Assembly (NCBI GenBank): GCA_951406725.2
Contig: OX597814.1
Span: 151,280,001 to 151,344,000 of the forward strand
Reading direction: 5' to 3'
DNA from: Octopus vulgaris
Taxonomy: Eukaryota
Length of the DNA: 64,000 nucleotides
Shown here: positions 38,900-53,931 of the stretch, piece after piece
Layout of the letters: every line of letters begins with the position of its first letter
How positions within the stretch are numbered: the stretch's first letter is position 1
Notes under the pieces: generated by a model
Seen by the model: the letters and a program-made list of their open reading frames with translations, nothing else
Databases searched by the model: none
What the model was told of the DNA's origin: nothing
Position numbers and translations under genes: made by a program

Positions 38900-40060
38900 G
38901 TATTCAGCGATTCGATACGGCTCCTATACTCGTCTTTAAGGTATATCATTGTTCCAATATCGAGGATGCCGGAGATCTCAATAGCGAATGGCGAACCTAT
39001 TCGTCAATGACTCACACTCAGTCATCGAAATGGCCGAAGTGACAGGGGTAGTAGCGGAGAAATAGATACTTGATTACTGGCACCCAACTATCTCGAATCA
39101 GGATGTCTAAACGAAATCGACTCCATTAATTGTTCGTGTGCGAATTTATTTGCAACGTCATTTCCCATAACCCTGGTTGGTAGCCGGAGTCTTCTCACTG
39201 AGGTTCGGCAGCTCGGAATTCGCCGTTCAAAATGGCATTCCCAGCCCATATCTCGTTTATTTGCTTTCAACAATGCAACCTTCCACGGAATTCTCAATAA
39301 CATATCCAAGACTAATATGGACTGCGTGTACGAGACAGAGAAGGCGCTTGGGTTTACAATGGCTCTTTTCCTACCTTGACTGCAGCTAAGCAATATGATT
39401 GGATTAATATCAAATGTATTTTCACCTGAATGAAGGGGCAGTCACTCATCGACCAACGCCATCACGCCACCTATCTTCGGACTGTCCCGCAACCAAACAG
39501 TGGTATCGGTATCTGGTTCGACACGGTTCTCTCTTAGCCGACCGTTACTCTTTTCGACGATGAGTGCACACTCGTTGTAATTGTCTTGCACTTCGGTTTT
39601 TGCGAGTGTGTACTACATAAATACCAGACGGAAACTACTGTCGACAAGTTTGAACTACACCCGCTCGTTTGTCGTACATCGCAAGATGGTTCCTTTGCCA
39701 CGTCACACTGAACGATATTGTAACAAAAGGTCATAAAATTGCTGGTTTCCAGTTTCAACTGGAACATGTTAGCTTCAACCACGGTGACGGTTATCATTTC
39801 CATCTATGACGGGAAACGGAACAATACCTTTTTTTTTCCATCGACGAGTGGAAAGAAGTCATTTATATGGCACACCAAATGTTATAACAATTTCTCCGCT
39901 ACTACCCCTGTCACTTCGGCCATTTCGATGACTGAGTGTGAGTCATTGACGAATAGGTTCGCCATTCGCTATTGAGATCTCCGGCATCCTCGATATACTG
40001 ACATCTATCAAATTGGGAATTAAGGATCGTACTTGAGGAAAGAATCTAATTGGTTGATGC
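38900..40060. pseudogene. Decayed PIF/Harbinger-like transposase, partly inverted
   Basis: Motifs RMANLF (HTH region), PLVDGKKKVLFRFPS and LVDSSFRLVFM*YTLAKTEVQDNYNECALIVEKSNGRLR resemble Harbinger IANLFG, AIDGTH and LGDSxYPL..YN..IERxFGxLK. Multiple stops. Matched by eye. Confidence 0.45.
38957..39996. repeat. Perfect 107-bp inverted repeat pair (38957-39063 and 39890-39996)
   Basis: Base-by-base comparison found no mismatch between the left arm and the reverse complement of the right arm. Confidence 0.97.
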
Positions 40061-40445
40061 AAGGGATATTGCAGACTGTAAATCTTGGCAACACTTTTGT
40101 TATACTAACCGCGGAGGCATAGAGGAAACAAATAATTTTTTTTTTAAAGTAGGATTTGCTTATTTCAATAACTCGAAGATTCATTAAAAATCAATTGGTA
40201 AGTAGTTTTTCCACTTTGTATTAAAAGGTACAAATATTCTTATAGGGCCCAATCCAATCTCTATAATCAACTAAATATTATATATTTAGTTGATTATATA
40301 ACTCTCGATTCCTTCTTCCATTGTGTAAATAGTTATTGTTCTTTAGTCCTGATTTACCTCATTTTGGAAAACAATAATAATTTAAAACAGTACAAATTAA
40401 AATATGATGCATTCTCCAATCAATCCTAGATTAATAATATTAACA

Positions 40446-40476
<31 letters not shown>

Positions 40477-40528
40477 CATACATACATACGTACATACATA
40501 CATACGTACACACATACACACACACACA

Positions 40529-40589
<61 letters not shown>

Positions 40590-40620
40590 TAGAAGGTTTG
40601 GAGATGATGTACAGGTATTA

Positions 40621-41225
40621 TATATTAGAAGAAATGAGGTACTCAGAAATCTGGATGGTTTTATATTTACAGACAATTATTAATATGTTACCTGTTTTTA
40701 TAAATCATATATCTTATATTAGCTCTTTCGTCCACTCTAGTGGAGTTGTCAAATTGAACTTTTACAGGAATTTTGTCTCTTTTTATAGTATTATTGAGAG
40801 TGTAGGGGTGGGGAGAGATATAAGATAGTACAAGAGGGTGAGGAATGGGGAGAAAGTGGTGAGAGAGAGAGCGTGTGTGGGGGGGGACGGGGTGTATCTG
40901 AAAGGATATAACACTTCCTTCAGATACAAACACACACACACACACACACACACTCACACACAATACACCCCCACACGCTCTCTCTCTCACTTTCTCTCCA
41001 TTCCTCACCCTCTTGTACTATCTTATATCTCTCCCCACCTCTACACACTCAATAATACAATAAAAAGAGACAAAATACCTACAAAAGTTCAATTTGAAAA
41101 CTCCACTAGAGTGGACGAAAGTGCTAATATATGATATATGACTTATAAAAACATGTAACATACTAATAAATATCTGTAAATATAAAACCATCCAGATTTC
41201 TGAGTACCTCATTTCTTCTAATATA
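40621..41225. mobile_element. 605-bp fold-back element
   Basis: Arms ~40621-40885 and ~40964-41225 are reverse complements with scattered differences; inner hairpin gtatctgaaagga / tccttcagatac. Confidence 0.85.
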
Positions 41226-41228
41226 TTC

Positions 41229-41277
<49 letters not shown>

Positions 41278-41514
41278 ATGTTAATGTTACAGGAAACGTG
41301 ATTGGTATTTATGCATTATATACTCTATTTACTCTTTTACTTGTTTCAGTCATTTGACTGCGGCCATGCTGGAGCACCGCCTTTAGTCGAGCTAATCGAC
41401 CCCGGGACTTATTCTTTGTAAGCCCAGTACTTATTCTATCGGTCTCTTTTGCCGAACCGCTAAGAGACGTATACGTTATCCCATAAGCATTGGTTGTCAA
41501 CCCCTATCTCAATT

Positions 41515-41571
<57 letters not shown>

Positions 41572-41579
41572 TATATAAC

Positions 41580-41650
<71 letters not shown>

Positions 41651-43519
41651 TACGACAGGCTTCTTTCAGTTTCCGTCTACCAAATCCACTCACTAGGCTT
41701 TGGTCGGCCCGAGGCTATAGCAGAACACATTTGCCCAAGATGCCACGCAGTGGGACTGAACCCGGAACCATGTGGTTGGTAAGCAAGAAACTTACCACAC
41801 AGCCACTCCTGCGGTTAGCCGGTCTTTTGAAACACATGTTCATTATATAACACATGGATATCGATTGTGTTCGTTTTTTATGTACGACGTGCGGACTCCG
41901 CCATACTGACCTATCTGGAGTTATAAAGATTGTCCAACCGCGTCAGAGACAGGAATTGAGTGTGGAACCGATGTACCGCGCCCATACTTTTTAGTAAAAT
42001 GTCGTTTCTTTTGGCGCACCTTTTAAACCTTTTAAATGACGCACGCACACGGTGGTTAATTTCGAACGAAGGAGAAGAGAGTGCTCAATATATGTTGTAG
42101 AGGACACCGTATGGTGGACGCTGCATTGTGGAAGACGCGCCCTGATTTTGGAAATATAATTCTAGGAAAAGAAATTACACTTACAAAAAAGTCTTATTCA
42201 AGCACAGGTTAAATTAATGTTACCTGGCAAAACTGATTGGTAAAACAGCTGAGTTCTTGTGCTCAAGTTGAGCGAAATTTGCAGACAATGGTCACGTACC
42301 AAATGGTTTACTCCCAGTTATTATTTGTAGCACACAACGCAATGTTCTTCGCTTTAACTATTCAGCGATTTTTCAGGCGATAGATCATGGTGATCGTGCC
42401 ACACACGTCACTGCTGCCCACCTACTAGCTACGGGCGTCTGATAACGACAGCTGCCAATCATTCTCTGTTTATTTTCTTCCAAACGTCCTGTTTCCAAAA
42501 ATTGTCATCTTCATAGCAGGGACGTATACTCTGGGTGTGCTAGGTGTGCGCTGCACTCCCATCTTACTCATTAATTTAACCACAAATCATAATGGAAAAC
42601 TTTTGTTATACCCCCTACTTGCCATTTGCTGGCGGATATCCTGAAATAACACCGTACACCTCACAGCGCATTGTATCATAATATGATACCTAACGTATTG
42701 TAGGATAATGGGAGAATGGCAAAAGATTAATGGCGAGGGCTGTGCGACAGCTTTGACAGAACGGTTGCATGTTCGTTTTCGTAGCGAGAAGTTGAACGTT
42801 TACATTAATTTTAAATTCTTAAACTAAAACTAATTTCTTTTACAATCATTTTTTTCTTACAATATCATCATATAACTTTGACCTTAATTTGTTTTCAAAA
42901 CTAATAATAAAGTGGTTCATTGTGAGATGAGGATATCGAACATTTAACGCCTCAAAGAAGAATAGAACTTACATATAAGTAATTTAAGTTAGTAAAATCA
43001 TATGGTTTCTTATTATTCAGTGTGTGCACATAAGAAAATTATGGCTTATTTTAGAATGCTAACAATTCATAGGGTATTATTAATTCAGTTTACTTTAGTG
43101 CCATATGTCTGTATTCCAAATGAATTAAGTTTACATTATTTACATATTGGACACCGCATTTTGTATAGAAATATACAGTTTGTATGTCTAATTTGATCAA
43201 TACTAATGTTAGTCATAGTATGACCAGTGTCGAAGCATACTCATTGATAAAAACCATCATACGCCACTGCCTCATAGTCACTATATATCCCAGATGTCTT
43301 TGGTCTTTGTTTTTAAGTTTTCTTCTAAACATGGTCATTTTGCCGGTTCTGTATGAAGAACACGCGTCTGTTCATTCGTTTTATTATTTTTCAATTCTTC
43401 CATCTACTTCCCCCACTGGTGAAACATCTTTTCAGTAGATGGATGATCTAAAGTTTGTCTCTGTAGGGCTTTCTCACTCACATGTTTTGGTATTATTGTA
43501 CAGCTTTACTTTTTAAATG

Positions 43520-43770
43520 TGGAAGTGCGTGGCTTAGTGGTTAGGGTGTCAGCATCATGATCATAAGATTGTGGTTTCGATTCCTGGACCGGGCGATGCG
43601 TTGTGTTCTTGAGCAAAACACTTCATTTCATGTTGCTCCAGTTCACCCAGCTGGCAAAAAATGAGTAACGCTATGATGGATTGGCGTCCCGTCCAGTTGG
43701 GGAACACATGCGCCATAGAGACCGGAGAACCGAGCCCATGAGCCTGGCTAGGCTTTAAAAAGGTGCATTT
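43520..43770 (+). mobile_element. tRNA-headed SINE family E
   Basis: ggcttagtggttagggtg...ggtttcgattcctggaccggg...ttgtgttcttgagcaaaacacttcattt. Related copies at ~1-140 and 9520-9760; related heads at 29660-29865(-) and 48640-48955(-). Confidence 0.75.
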
Positions 43771-44193
43771 ATTTATTATTTTTTAAACTTTTAAATGCGA
43801 TATTATACTTCAAGTTTCTTTGACGCGCTTGTCATAGACAAGGGAGATAATCTGCAGGACTGAAAATGGTTTGTTACATCAGTGAAGACAGGTAGCAAAT
43901 AGACAAAGTTCTAGACATTCAAGTGTTAAAAAATATTCCGTTTTTTGAGACGGAAAGTCAACCTGTTGCAATTTATCAAAAGAAGACGCTGCTGCTGTAC
44001 TTATATTTATATCAACAATAAGCCAATGTTTCGCAGCAAAGAAAATACTTGCAAGTGCTAATTAATGAAATGACTGCCATTGCAAAGGGGGTTAACCCTC
44101 AGAAAATGACAGCAAAGATTTCTTAGCTAATTCTCATGAAAGAGGCAAGGTAATTTTCTTTTTCTTTTACAAAACGTGCGTCTTCGCAAAATA

Positions 44194-44254
<61 letters not shown>

Positions 44255-44488
44255 CACATACATACATACACATACATGCATACGTATATAGATACACACA
44301 CATACATACACATATATACATACAAATGCATACACTCACACATACACACTTACATACATATATATGTGTGTGTATGTGTCTGCATTTTTTATAACTATTT
44401 ATTATACATGTATGTGTGTGTGTGTATTAATATCCATATATCATACATGTATGCGCGCGTTTGTGTATGTACGTGTATGTATGTATAC

Positions 44489-44557
<69 letters not shown>

Positions 44558-46301
44558 GCTGTGTAGCAAGTAGCTTGCTTACCAACCACATGGTCCTGGG
44601 TTCAGTCCCACTGCGTGGCACGTTGGGTAGGTGTCTTCTGCTATAACCTCGGGTCGACCAAAGCCTCGTGAGTGGATTGGTAGACGGAAACTGAAAGAAG
44701 CTCGTCGTATATGTGTGTGTGTTTGTTCCCCCAACATCGCTTGACAACCGATGCTGGTGTGTTTACGTCCCCGTAACTTACCGATTCGGCAACTCACTGT
44801 TATAGCAGAATGGGCGTGTCCAAGGTTCTGTGCATAGAGATCATCTGAACTATTTTCAAACGCGCCCAAATACCCCACGCCCACATACATATAAACTTAC
44901 ATACACACAAGTAGAAATTACAGACAACTGCGACCAGATAATAAATTGACATTTACAAAGATAATAATTGCTGCACTTAGTTTTGTTGGTAAATGCCAAA
45001 GTAGGGTTTCAGAAAAAGAAATGAAACAGCTAACACGCACGTTACAAACACAATTTGAGAGCGGAGATGATTGTCTCCTGCTAGCGATGTAAACGGGAGT
45101 ACTTATATGCACCACAAAACCATATGAGAGGTTCTCTCACGGTAACTGTTACGGTATTTTGTCTTCTAACACAACATCCACTTTTAAGTTGTGTTAAATA
45201 TTACCTTTTGGTATTTATACTGCTTCTGATGCTCTAGTTATTGATTTTGTTATTTACGTGCCAGCATTGGAGCTTTGTACCTTTGTTAAAATCCAGCTCC
45301 TTCCGTGCAGGAAAACTTCAAATAATTAAAACCAGAAAAGAACATACATATGTAGATACTAGTTTAAAAGCCTCCCGATACGGCGGTTTTAAAGCTAGTA
45401 TGGAACTTTTAAGCAACTAACCCCGAATGGGAAGACCTGTAAACAGATCTCTGACTTGTTTTGGAGAATTTATTGCAATTGCTTCCTCCAGAGTCATATC
45501 CAACGATGATCATATTCGTCGCAGAAAAAAAAAAAAACGTGTAAAAAAATCGCAGAAAACAATCGCAGTAATGAAAACGGAATCCAAAATTTCAGGATTG
45601 CAGGTCCGGATTCAGCCTGGAATGGTTTTAATTTACTCAAGGAGTCAGCCTGATTCCGAAATGGTATGATATGTTGGGCTACAGCGTCTAGGAGTAAAAT
45701 TGAAAAGTGTAACACACTGACACTCACATTTATTATATATAATATAATATAATATTATATTATATTATATCATATTATATTATATTATATATGATATCAT
45801 ATGCAAGGCGGTGAGTTGGCAGAATCGTTAGCACATCAAGCGAAATGCTTAGCGATATTTCGTCGCCGTTAGGTTTTGAGCTCGTATTCTGCCGAGGTTG
45901 ACTTTGTCATTCATCCTTTCGGGGTCGATGAAATTAGTACCAGTTGTCAACTGGTACCGATGTAATCAACTTAATCTCTTCCCCCAAAATTTGAGGCCTT
46001 GTGCTTCCAGTAGAAAGGGCAGCGGTTAGGGCAGCGGACTCGCGGTCGTAGGATCGTGGTTTCGATTCCCAGACCGGGCGTTGTGTGAGTGTTTATTGAG
46101 CGAAAACACCTAAAAGATCCACGAGGCTCCGGCAGGGAGTGGTGATCCCTGCTGTACTCTTTCACCACTCTTTCTCCCACTCTTTCTTCTGTTGGCCTGC
46201 TCGCTTAGCCAGCGGGGTGGCGTCATTCGAAGGCCAAAACAATGCGAACGCATTGTGACCAGCGATGTGTAACTATATCTGATGGACTGGTCGGTCACGT
46301 G

Positions 46302-46352
<51 letters not shown>

Positions 46353-46592
46353 TGTGTGTGTGTATTAAAGAAAGCAAAAAATAAGTGTTCAGTAATTGGT
46401 TTAGTATGCTGACCACAGGATTTCCTGTCCAAGAAAGTTGTACATCTCCCTCTTTCTTTCATATACCCACTCTTTCTCTCTCTCTTTGTCTACTATTACT
46501 CTCACCCTAGCACGAGGATAGTGAGGGAGAGGGTCAAAGTATCACACACTGACACACAGAAACTAGTTTTCGCATCTATTATATTAGATGGA

Positions 46593-47056
46593 CATACATA
46601 CATACATACATACATACATACATAACATACATAACATACACGCATACATAACATACATACATAACATAAGTACATACATACATACATGCATACATACATA
46701 CATAAATACATACATACATACATACATACATGCATACATACATGCATACATACATACATAAATACATACATACATACATACATACATACATGCATACATA
46801 CATACATAACATACATACATACATGCATACATAATATACATACATACATAACATACATACATAACATACATACATACATAACATACATAACATACATACA
46901 TAATATACATACATACATAACATACATACATACATACATACATAACATACATACATACATACATAACATACATACATACATACATACATACATAACATAC
47001 ATACCTACATATCATAAACATACATACATACATACATAACATACATACATACATGC
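46593..47056. repeat. Interrupted (ACAT)n microsatellite
   Basis: Visible directly; source of the MYVC-type ORFs. Confidence 0.98.
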
Positions 47057-48169
47057 ACACACGCTCTCTCTCTCTCACACACACACACACGTGCATACTC
47101 TTTTACTCTTTACTCTTTTATTTGTTTCAGTCATTTGACTGCGGCCATGCTGGAGCACCTCCTTTAATCGAGCAACTCGACCCCGGGACTTATTCGTTGT
47201 AAGCCCAGTACTTATTCTATCGGTCTCTTTTGCCGAACCGCTAAGTAACGGGGACATAAACACACCAGCATTGGTTGTCAAGCAATGCTAGGGGGACAAA
47301 CACAAACACACAAACACACACACGCATACATGTATACATATATACGACGGGCTTCTTTCAGTTTCCGTCTACCAAATCCACTCACAAAGCTTTGGTCAGC
47401 CCGAGTCTATAGTAGAAAACACTTGGACAAGGTGCCACGCAGTGGGACTGAACCCAGAACCATGTGATTGGTAAACAAACTACTTACCACACAGCCACTC
47501 CTGCGCCTATACATGCACGAAACAGATGAATCAAAAGAATTTTGATGAAATATAAAATACAAACAGCAACCAAATTATGACATAGCTGTCATGATATTGT
47601 TTTGAGGACCACAAAATAAAACAATGTTCTATTATAGAAAATCAAGCGTCCACTTGACGGCATAACTGTGGTAAGAAAATGACATGGGGAAAGCAGAAGT
47701 GCATGGACAGTAAATGAGAAATAGGAAAATCCAAGATCTAGGAAATACTTTCAGCTTGAACACAATTCAAACACACACACACGTGTTAATAGACTGTGGC
47801 CATGTCATTAGACTGTGACCATGCTGGAGTACCGGCTTGAATTTTCAGTCGAACAAATCGACTCCAGTACTTTTTTTTTTTCGAAAGCCTGGTACTTACT
47901 CTATTAACCTATAGGGACGTAAACACACCAGCACCGGTTGTCAAGCAGTGGTGGTGGCGGTGGGAAGAAAACACACACACACACACACACATAAACATGC
48001 GACGGGTTTCTTTCAGTTTCCGTCTACCAAATCCACTCACAATGCTTTAATCGGTCCGAGGCTGTAGTAGAAGACACTTTGTGCAATGTGCCACGCAGTG
48101 GAACTGAACCCCAAACCATGTGGTTGGGAAGCAAGCTTCTTACCACACACACAAACACACACATACACA

Positions 48170-48217
<48 letters not shown>

Positions 48218-49019
48218 ACACACACACACACGTATACACACGTACATAAATACACACATACACCAAGTGTGCTGAAAAGTTCCTTGCTTTAAGGATATCG
48301 TAAAGGGCCTGAGAGGAAGCTAAACCTCCCGAGTTCTTTTACGGGGCTTACAAAAAGTGAAGGACCTCTGCAATATGAGTGTAAATCTGAGAGAATAATA
48401 TTATGTTGAATAAAATCATAATTAACTGATCCTCCTGTATTTTCTTTTACCCAAAGCCAGGAGATTTTCAGCACCTCCTCGTATACAAATATGCACATGT
48501 ATATGTACATGTATATAAATCACTTATAAAATTTTGCATGCATAACTTTAGTTGTATATTTGTGAGGCGTAACTGCCTCAGCAATAAATTTGAGAAGAGA
48601 GGCTTGACAAAATTGAAAAGTCACGATAAATTCAAACATTTTAACTACAAGCCATTAATAGAACTACATGTTACTAGCACTCTGTCGGTTACTAGGACGA
48701 GTGTTCCAGTTCATTCGATCAATGGAACAGCCTGCTCGTGAAATAAATGTACAAGTGGCTGAGTTCTCCGCAGACATGCATACCCTTAACGTAGTTCTAA
48801 GGGAGATTCGGCGTGACACAGAATGTCAGAAGGCTGGCCCTTTGAAATAGAGGTGCTACTCATTTTTGTCAGCTGAGTGGACTGGAGTAACGTGAAATAA
48901 AGCGTCTTGCTCAAGGATACAACTCGCTGTCGGGAATCGAACTCACGACCTTACGATAGTTCTCAGCTGTTACGCATAGAGTACAGATGTGCAGTCTTGT
49001 ATACTGGGATCGGATTTTC

Positions 49020-49693
49020 ATTTTCACCGAACGCACTGAGCAGAGATATTGCATTAAGTTTTGCTAAAAGCTTGGTGATCTTCAAGCTCAAACAATCCAC
49101 AAGATTTATCAGGCTTTTAGCTATGGTGCACCATAGGCAAAACTCAGATCAAAGAATGGTACAACAGATTCAAACATAGCCGATCCTCAGTGGAGAACAA
49201 CACATGCTCAAACAGGCCACCCATAAGCCGAAACGAAGAGCAGATTGAGAAGGTTCGGTGAATAGTCATGGAAGACTGTTGTGTAATAACTCAAGAAATT
49301 TGTCACGAAGTAGGAATAAGCATAGGATCAGTGCATCCCATTTTAACGGAGGATTTGTGCATGCAGAGAGTATCGGCGCTATTCGTCCCTATGGTGCTGG
49401 GCGGAGCAGCAGAAGTAACTCCGCGTGGAAATCGCCCAGGACAGGCTCGACTGTACAAACCATGCCTCGACTTCATGAAAAATATCATTATTGGTAATGA
49501 GACACGGGTTTGTGGTCTCTACTCAACGCGTTCGCTTACTTTACGTGGAAACAAAAATCCAACGAGCGGGCACGAAAATGTTCGCGCTAGAGCAAGAAGG
49601 GTGGCGTTATCTCCCAACCAAGGGATTTTGCCCACGCAGCATTAGTATTGGCGGTAAAAAATAAAGTCGAGCACTTTTTGAACGCACCCCGTA
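49020..49693 (+). mobile_element. Mariner relic with right TIR
   Basis: ITQEICHEVGISIGSVHPILTEDLCMQRVSALFVP and DFMKNIIIGNETRV (ITGDETW-like); terminus gagcactttttgaacgcaccccgta. Confidence 0.85.
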
Positions 49694-49827
49694 CATATAT
49701 ACATACATATATTCATTTGTGCATATAAATATATACATACCAGTGATTATTGGCGCACTAAGTACCAATATTGAAAAATTAGGATTCTCAAAACCTGAAA
49801 GGAGCAAGCTGATTCGAAGACTGCAGA

Positions 49828-51055
49828 TCTCTAACCAACCCTCCCCTCCTTCAAAATGAGCACACGACCTACGAGGCCTCTTGGTCCACAGCTTCTTCCC
49901 TAATCCAACCTCCCGACCCGGCTCGTTCCCCTGCTCCCGACCATGCTGCCGCACTTGCCCATACCTCTCCAGCACCACCCTCCTCACAGGCACCCATCAT
50001 CAACCCTATCTTATCACTGACTCCTTCACCTGCACGTCTAGCAACGTCATCTACTGCATCTCCTGCTCTATCTGTCCTTCTCTATACACCGGTCAAACGG
50101 GACGCCGCTTAGCTGACCGGTTCGCAGAACACCGTCGAGACATCAGACTCGGCAACGACACCCCGGTCTCGCGCCATTTCCGCTCTATCGGTCACTCTTT
50201 ACAGCACTGTCTTTGTTCGGATTGTCCTTGCACAGGGACCATCCGGACTCCCGTTTGCGCCGTGGACACGAATTAATCTTCTCTTCGCTCCTTTGCACCA
50301 TATGGACTCAACTCTCCTCCCTCTTCATCTAACCCTCCTCCTCTCTCCTCTCTTCCTCTCACACCTACTTTCTCCCACCCACCTCTCCTCTCTTGCTCTG
50401 GCATCTACTTCCTCTCTTCACTCCAACCACCTTCTCCCTTCCACCCTGTCCCTTCATCGTTACCCACTCCCTCGTTACCCCACCCCTACGCATTCCAACC
50501 CCACCATCCCTATACATCCCATCTCACCCACCCCATCCCTTAGACCCCACTCTTGCTCCCTTACTCTTGCCTCCTCCACACCGCAATACCACCACACCAC
50601 ACCACCACACCACACCATCATACCACACACCACCATACTACACCACACCACCCCGTACACACTAGCACTGACCACTTCAGAGCACCCACACCATCATCCA
50701 CACACCTACACATGCACACACGCACACGTCAAGGTCACCAGCCCCCTTCCACACGTACATAGTACACGCCCTCACATACACACACATGCGCACTTTCGTT
50801 TTGGGATCACCACTACTTTATTATCTCCCCTTCTTCCTAGCTCTCCTGTGTGACCCCTCTATCCGGCATTCGCCATGATAGATCGCTAGCCACAAAACCT
50901 TTTTCTATTTTCTCTCTCTTGTTTCTTTCTGTGTTACTTTCTGTCGAAGAGTGTAGGCTCGAAACGTAAAAGACTTTCTCACTTCCCGAGCATTAAACTA
51001 ATACATCTGTTTGTTGTTTACATTCCCGTCTTCCTTTTTTGTAAATTCTCACCAT
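49828..51055 (+). mobile_element. 5'-truncated Penelope-like retroelement: GIY-YIG endonuclease relic plus 3' UTR
   Basis: PCSRPCCRTCPY Cys-rich linker, FTCTSSNVIYCISCSICPSLYTGQTGRRLADRFAEH...PVSRHF...GHS and a frameshifted end LIFSLRSFAPYGLN; C-rich spacer; hammerhead-like motif at 50937-50972. Confidence 0.9.
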
Positions 51056-51324
51056 ACATAAAACAAAACATATAAATCTGCATATGCACTGGCTTCAAAT
51101 ATCGCACACATACACACATAAATGCAAAAAACACCTGTTGATGTTATTGACAGAGCCTTGGTTTTAGGTCAAAAATCGGCTCTATCTCTCTATTGCCATG
51201 AAATCTTGAAATAAAACTGAATAATGACATACATATATTCACTCCAGATAGATAGATAAGTAGATAGATAGATAGATAGATATTTTGAAGGCTAAATCGA
51301 TAAGTAGATAGCTAGCTAGCTAGC

Positions 51325-51548
<224 letters not shown>

Positions 51549-51771
51549 AGGCTATCTAGTAATTGACATTAAAATTAAAGAGTCTTGTTTTTGGGTTAAT
51601 TGTCGGCTTTTTTTCTCGGTGTGAGAAATTTTGCAAATACAACCTGACTTATCTGCAAACATACGCAAGTATGTATCTGTACACACGTACACACAAACAC
51701 ACATAACTATATAATACATATGCACTTACATACATACAAACATACTTACACATAGATACATACATATGTAC

Positions 51772-52275
<504 letters not shown>

Positions 52276-52276
52276 A

Positions 52277-52327
<51 letters not shown>

Positions 52328-52332
<5 letters not shown>

Positions 52333-52544
52333 GGTGTCCCAGAAGTCACGCACCATTCTGGTATTCATTTAAAATAATTAAAGCATTTTATTTAGTTATA
52401 TTTTCTTCTGTATGTTTTATTGTAGAGGGTGCTCAATTTGAGCATTTGTTATGATTAATTTCAATAAGGTGTTTTTGAAATCAGTAAGGGTGTATTCTTT
52501 TAAAAAAAAACCAGGGTGGTGCGCGACTTCTGGGGCACCTTGTA
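52328..52544. mobile_element. Tc1/mariner-type MITE in (TA)n
   Basis: TIRs tacagggtgtcccagaagtcacgcacca and tggtgcgcgacttctggggcaccttgta. Confidence 0.85.
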
Positions 52545-52563
52545 TATATATATATATACACAT

Positions 52564-52596
<33 letters not shown>

Positions 52597-52676
52597 TATT
52601 TTATAGAAGGAGCTTCTACAGGACTATGTATTGAGTACCTTATTTACTGTGGTTAACCCCGACTCAACCCGGGACC

Positions 52677-52723
<47 letters not shown>

Positions 52724-53117
52724 GTATATACATCTATGTATATATACAGACATATATATAAATATATATATAAATATATATATGTATGTATATGTATATG
52801 CATATATATATGCATATATATATGTATATATATATGTATATATATATATGCATATATATATATATGTATATATATATATGCATATATATATATATACATA
52901 CACACACATATATACACACATTCATATATAGTTTTTTATTCTTTTACTGGTTTCCGTCATTTGATTGCGGCCATGCTGGAGCACCGCCTTTAGTCGAACG
53001 AATCGACCCCAGCACTTATTCTTTGTAAGCCTAGTACTTATTCTATCGGTCGATGCTAAGTTACGGGGACGTAAACACACCAGCATCGGGTGTCAAGTGA
53101 TGACGGGGTGCAACAGA

Positions 53118-53210
<93 letters not shown>

Positions 53211-53636
53211 TTGTGTGTGTATATATATATATATATGACGGGCTTCTTTCAGTTTCCGTCTACCAAATCTACTCACAAGGTTTTGGTCGACCCGAAGCTA
53301 AGCAGAAGACATTTGCCCAAGGGGCCACGCAGTGGGAGTGAACCCGGGACCATGTGGTTGGTAAACAAGCCACTTACCACACAGCCACTCCGGCGCCTAT
53401 GTGTGTGTGTGGTAGATACGTTAGCACGCCGGGCGAAATGCGTAGCCGTATTTCGTCTGCCGTTACGTTCTGGGTTCATATTCTGCCGAGGTCGACTTTG
53501 CCTTTCATCCTTTCGGGGTCGATAAATTAAGTACCAGTTACGCACTGGGGCCGATCTAATCGACTTAATTCGTTTGTCTGTCCTTGTTTGTCCTCTGTGT
53601 TTGTCCTCTGTGTTTAGCCCCTTGTGGGTAGTAAAG

Positions 53637-53675
<39 letters not shown>

Positions 53676-53736
53676 GGTCCCGGGTTGATTCGGGGTTAAC
53701 CACAGTAAGTAAGGTACTCAATACTTAGCAGAGTAA

Positions 53737-53931
53737 AATTAATTTATTATATAGAAGGAGTTCTACAGGACTAGTACTCTGAGTACTAGTCCTGTAAATT
53801 AATTTATTATATAGAAGGAGTTCTACAGGACTAGTACTCTGAGTACTAGTCCTGTAAAATAATTTATTATATAGAAGGAGTTCTACAGGACTAGTACTCT
53901 GAGTACTAGTCCTGTAGAAACTCCTTCTATA

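Noticed and set aside
38957-39996. Endogenous virus with inverted terminal repeats
   Set aside because: No viral motif recognised, coding-like sequence continues outside both arms, and the motifs fit a Harbinger-type transposase better.
40262-40298. Short AT-rich palindrome with 17-bp arms
   Set aside because: Real but low in complexity, with no further context.
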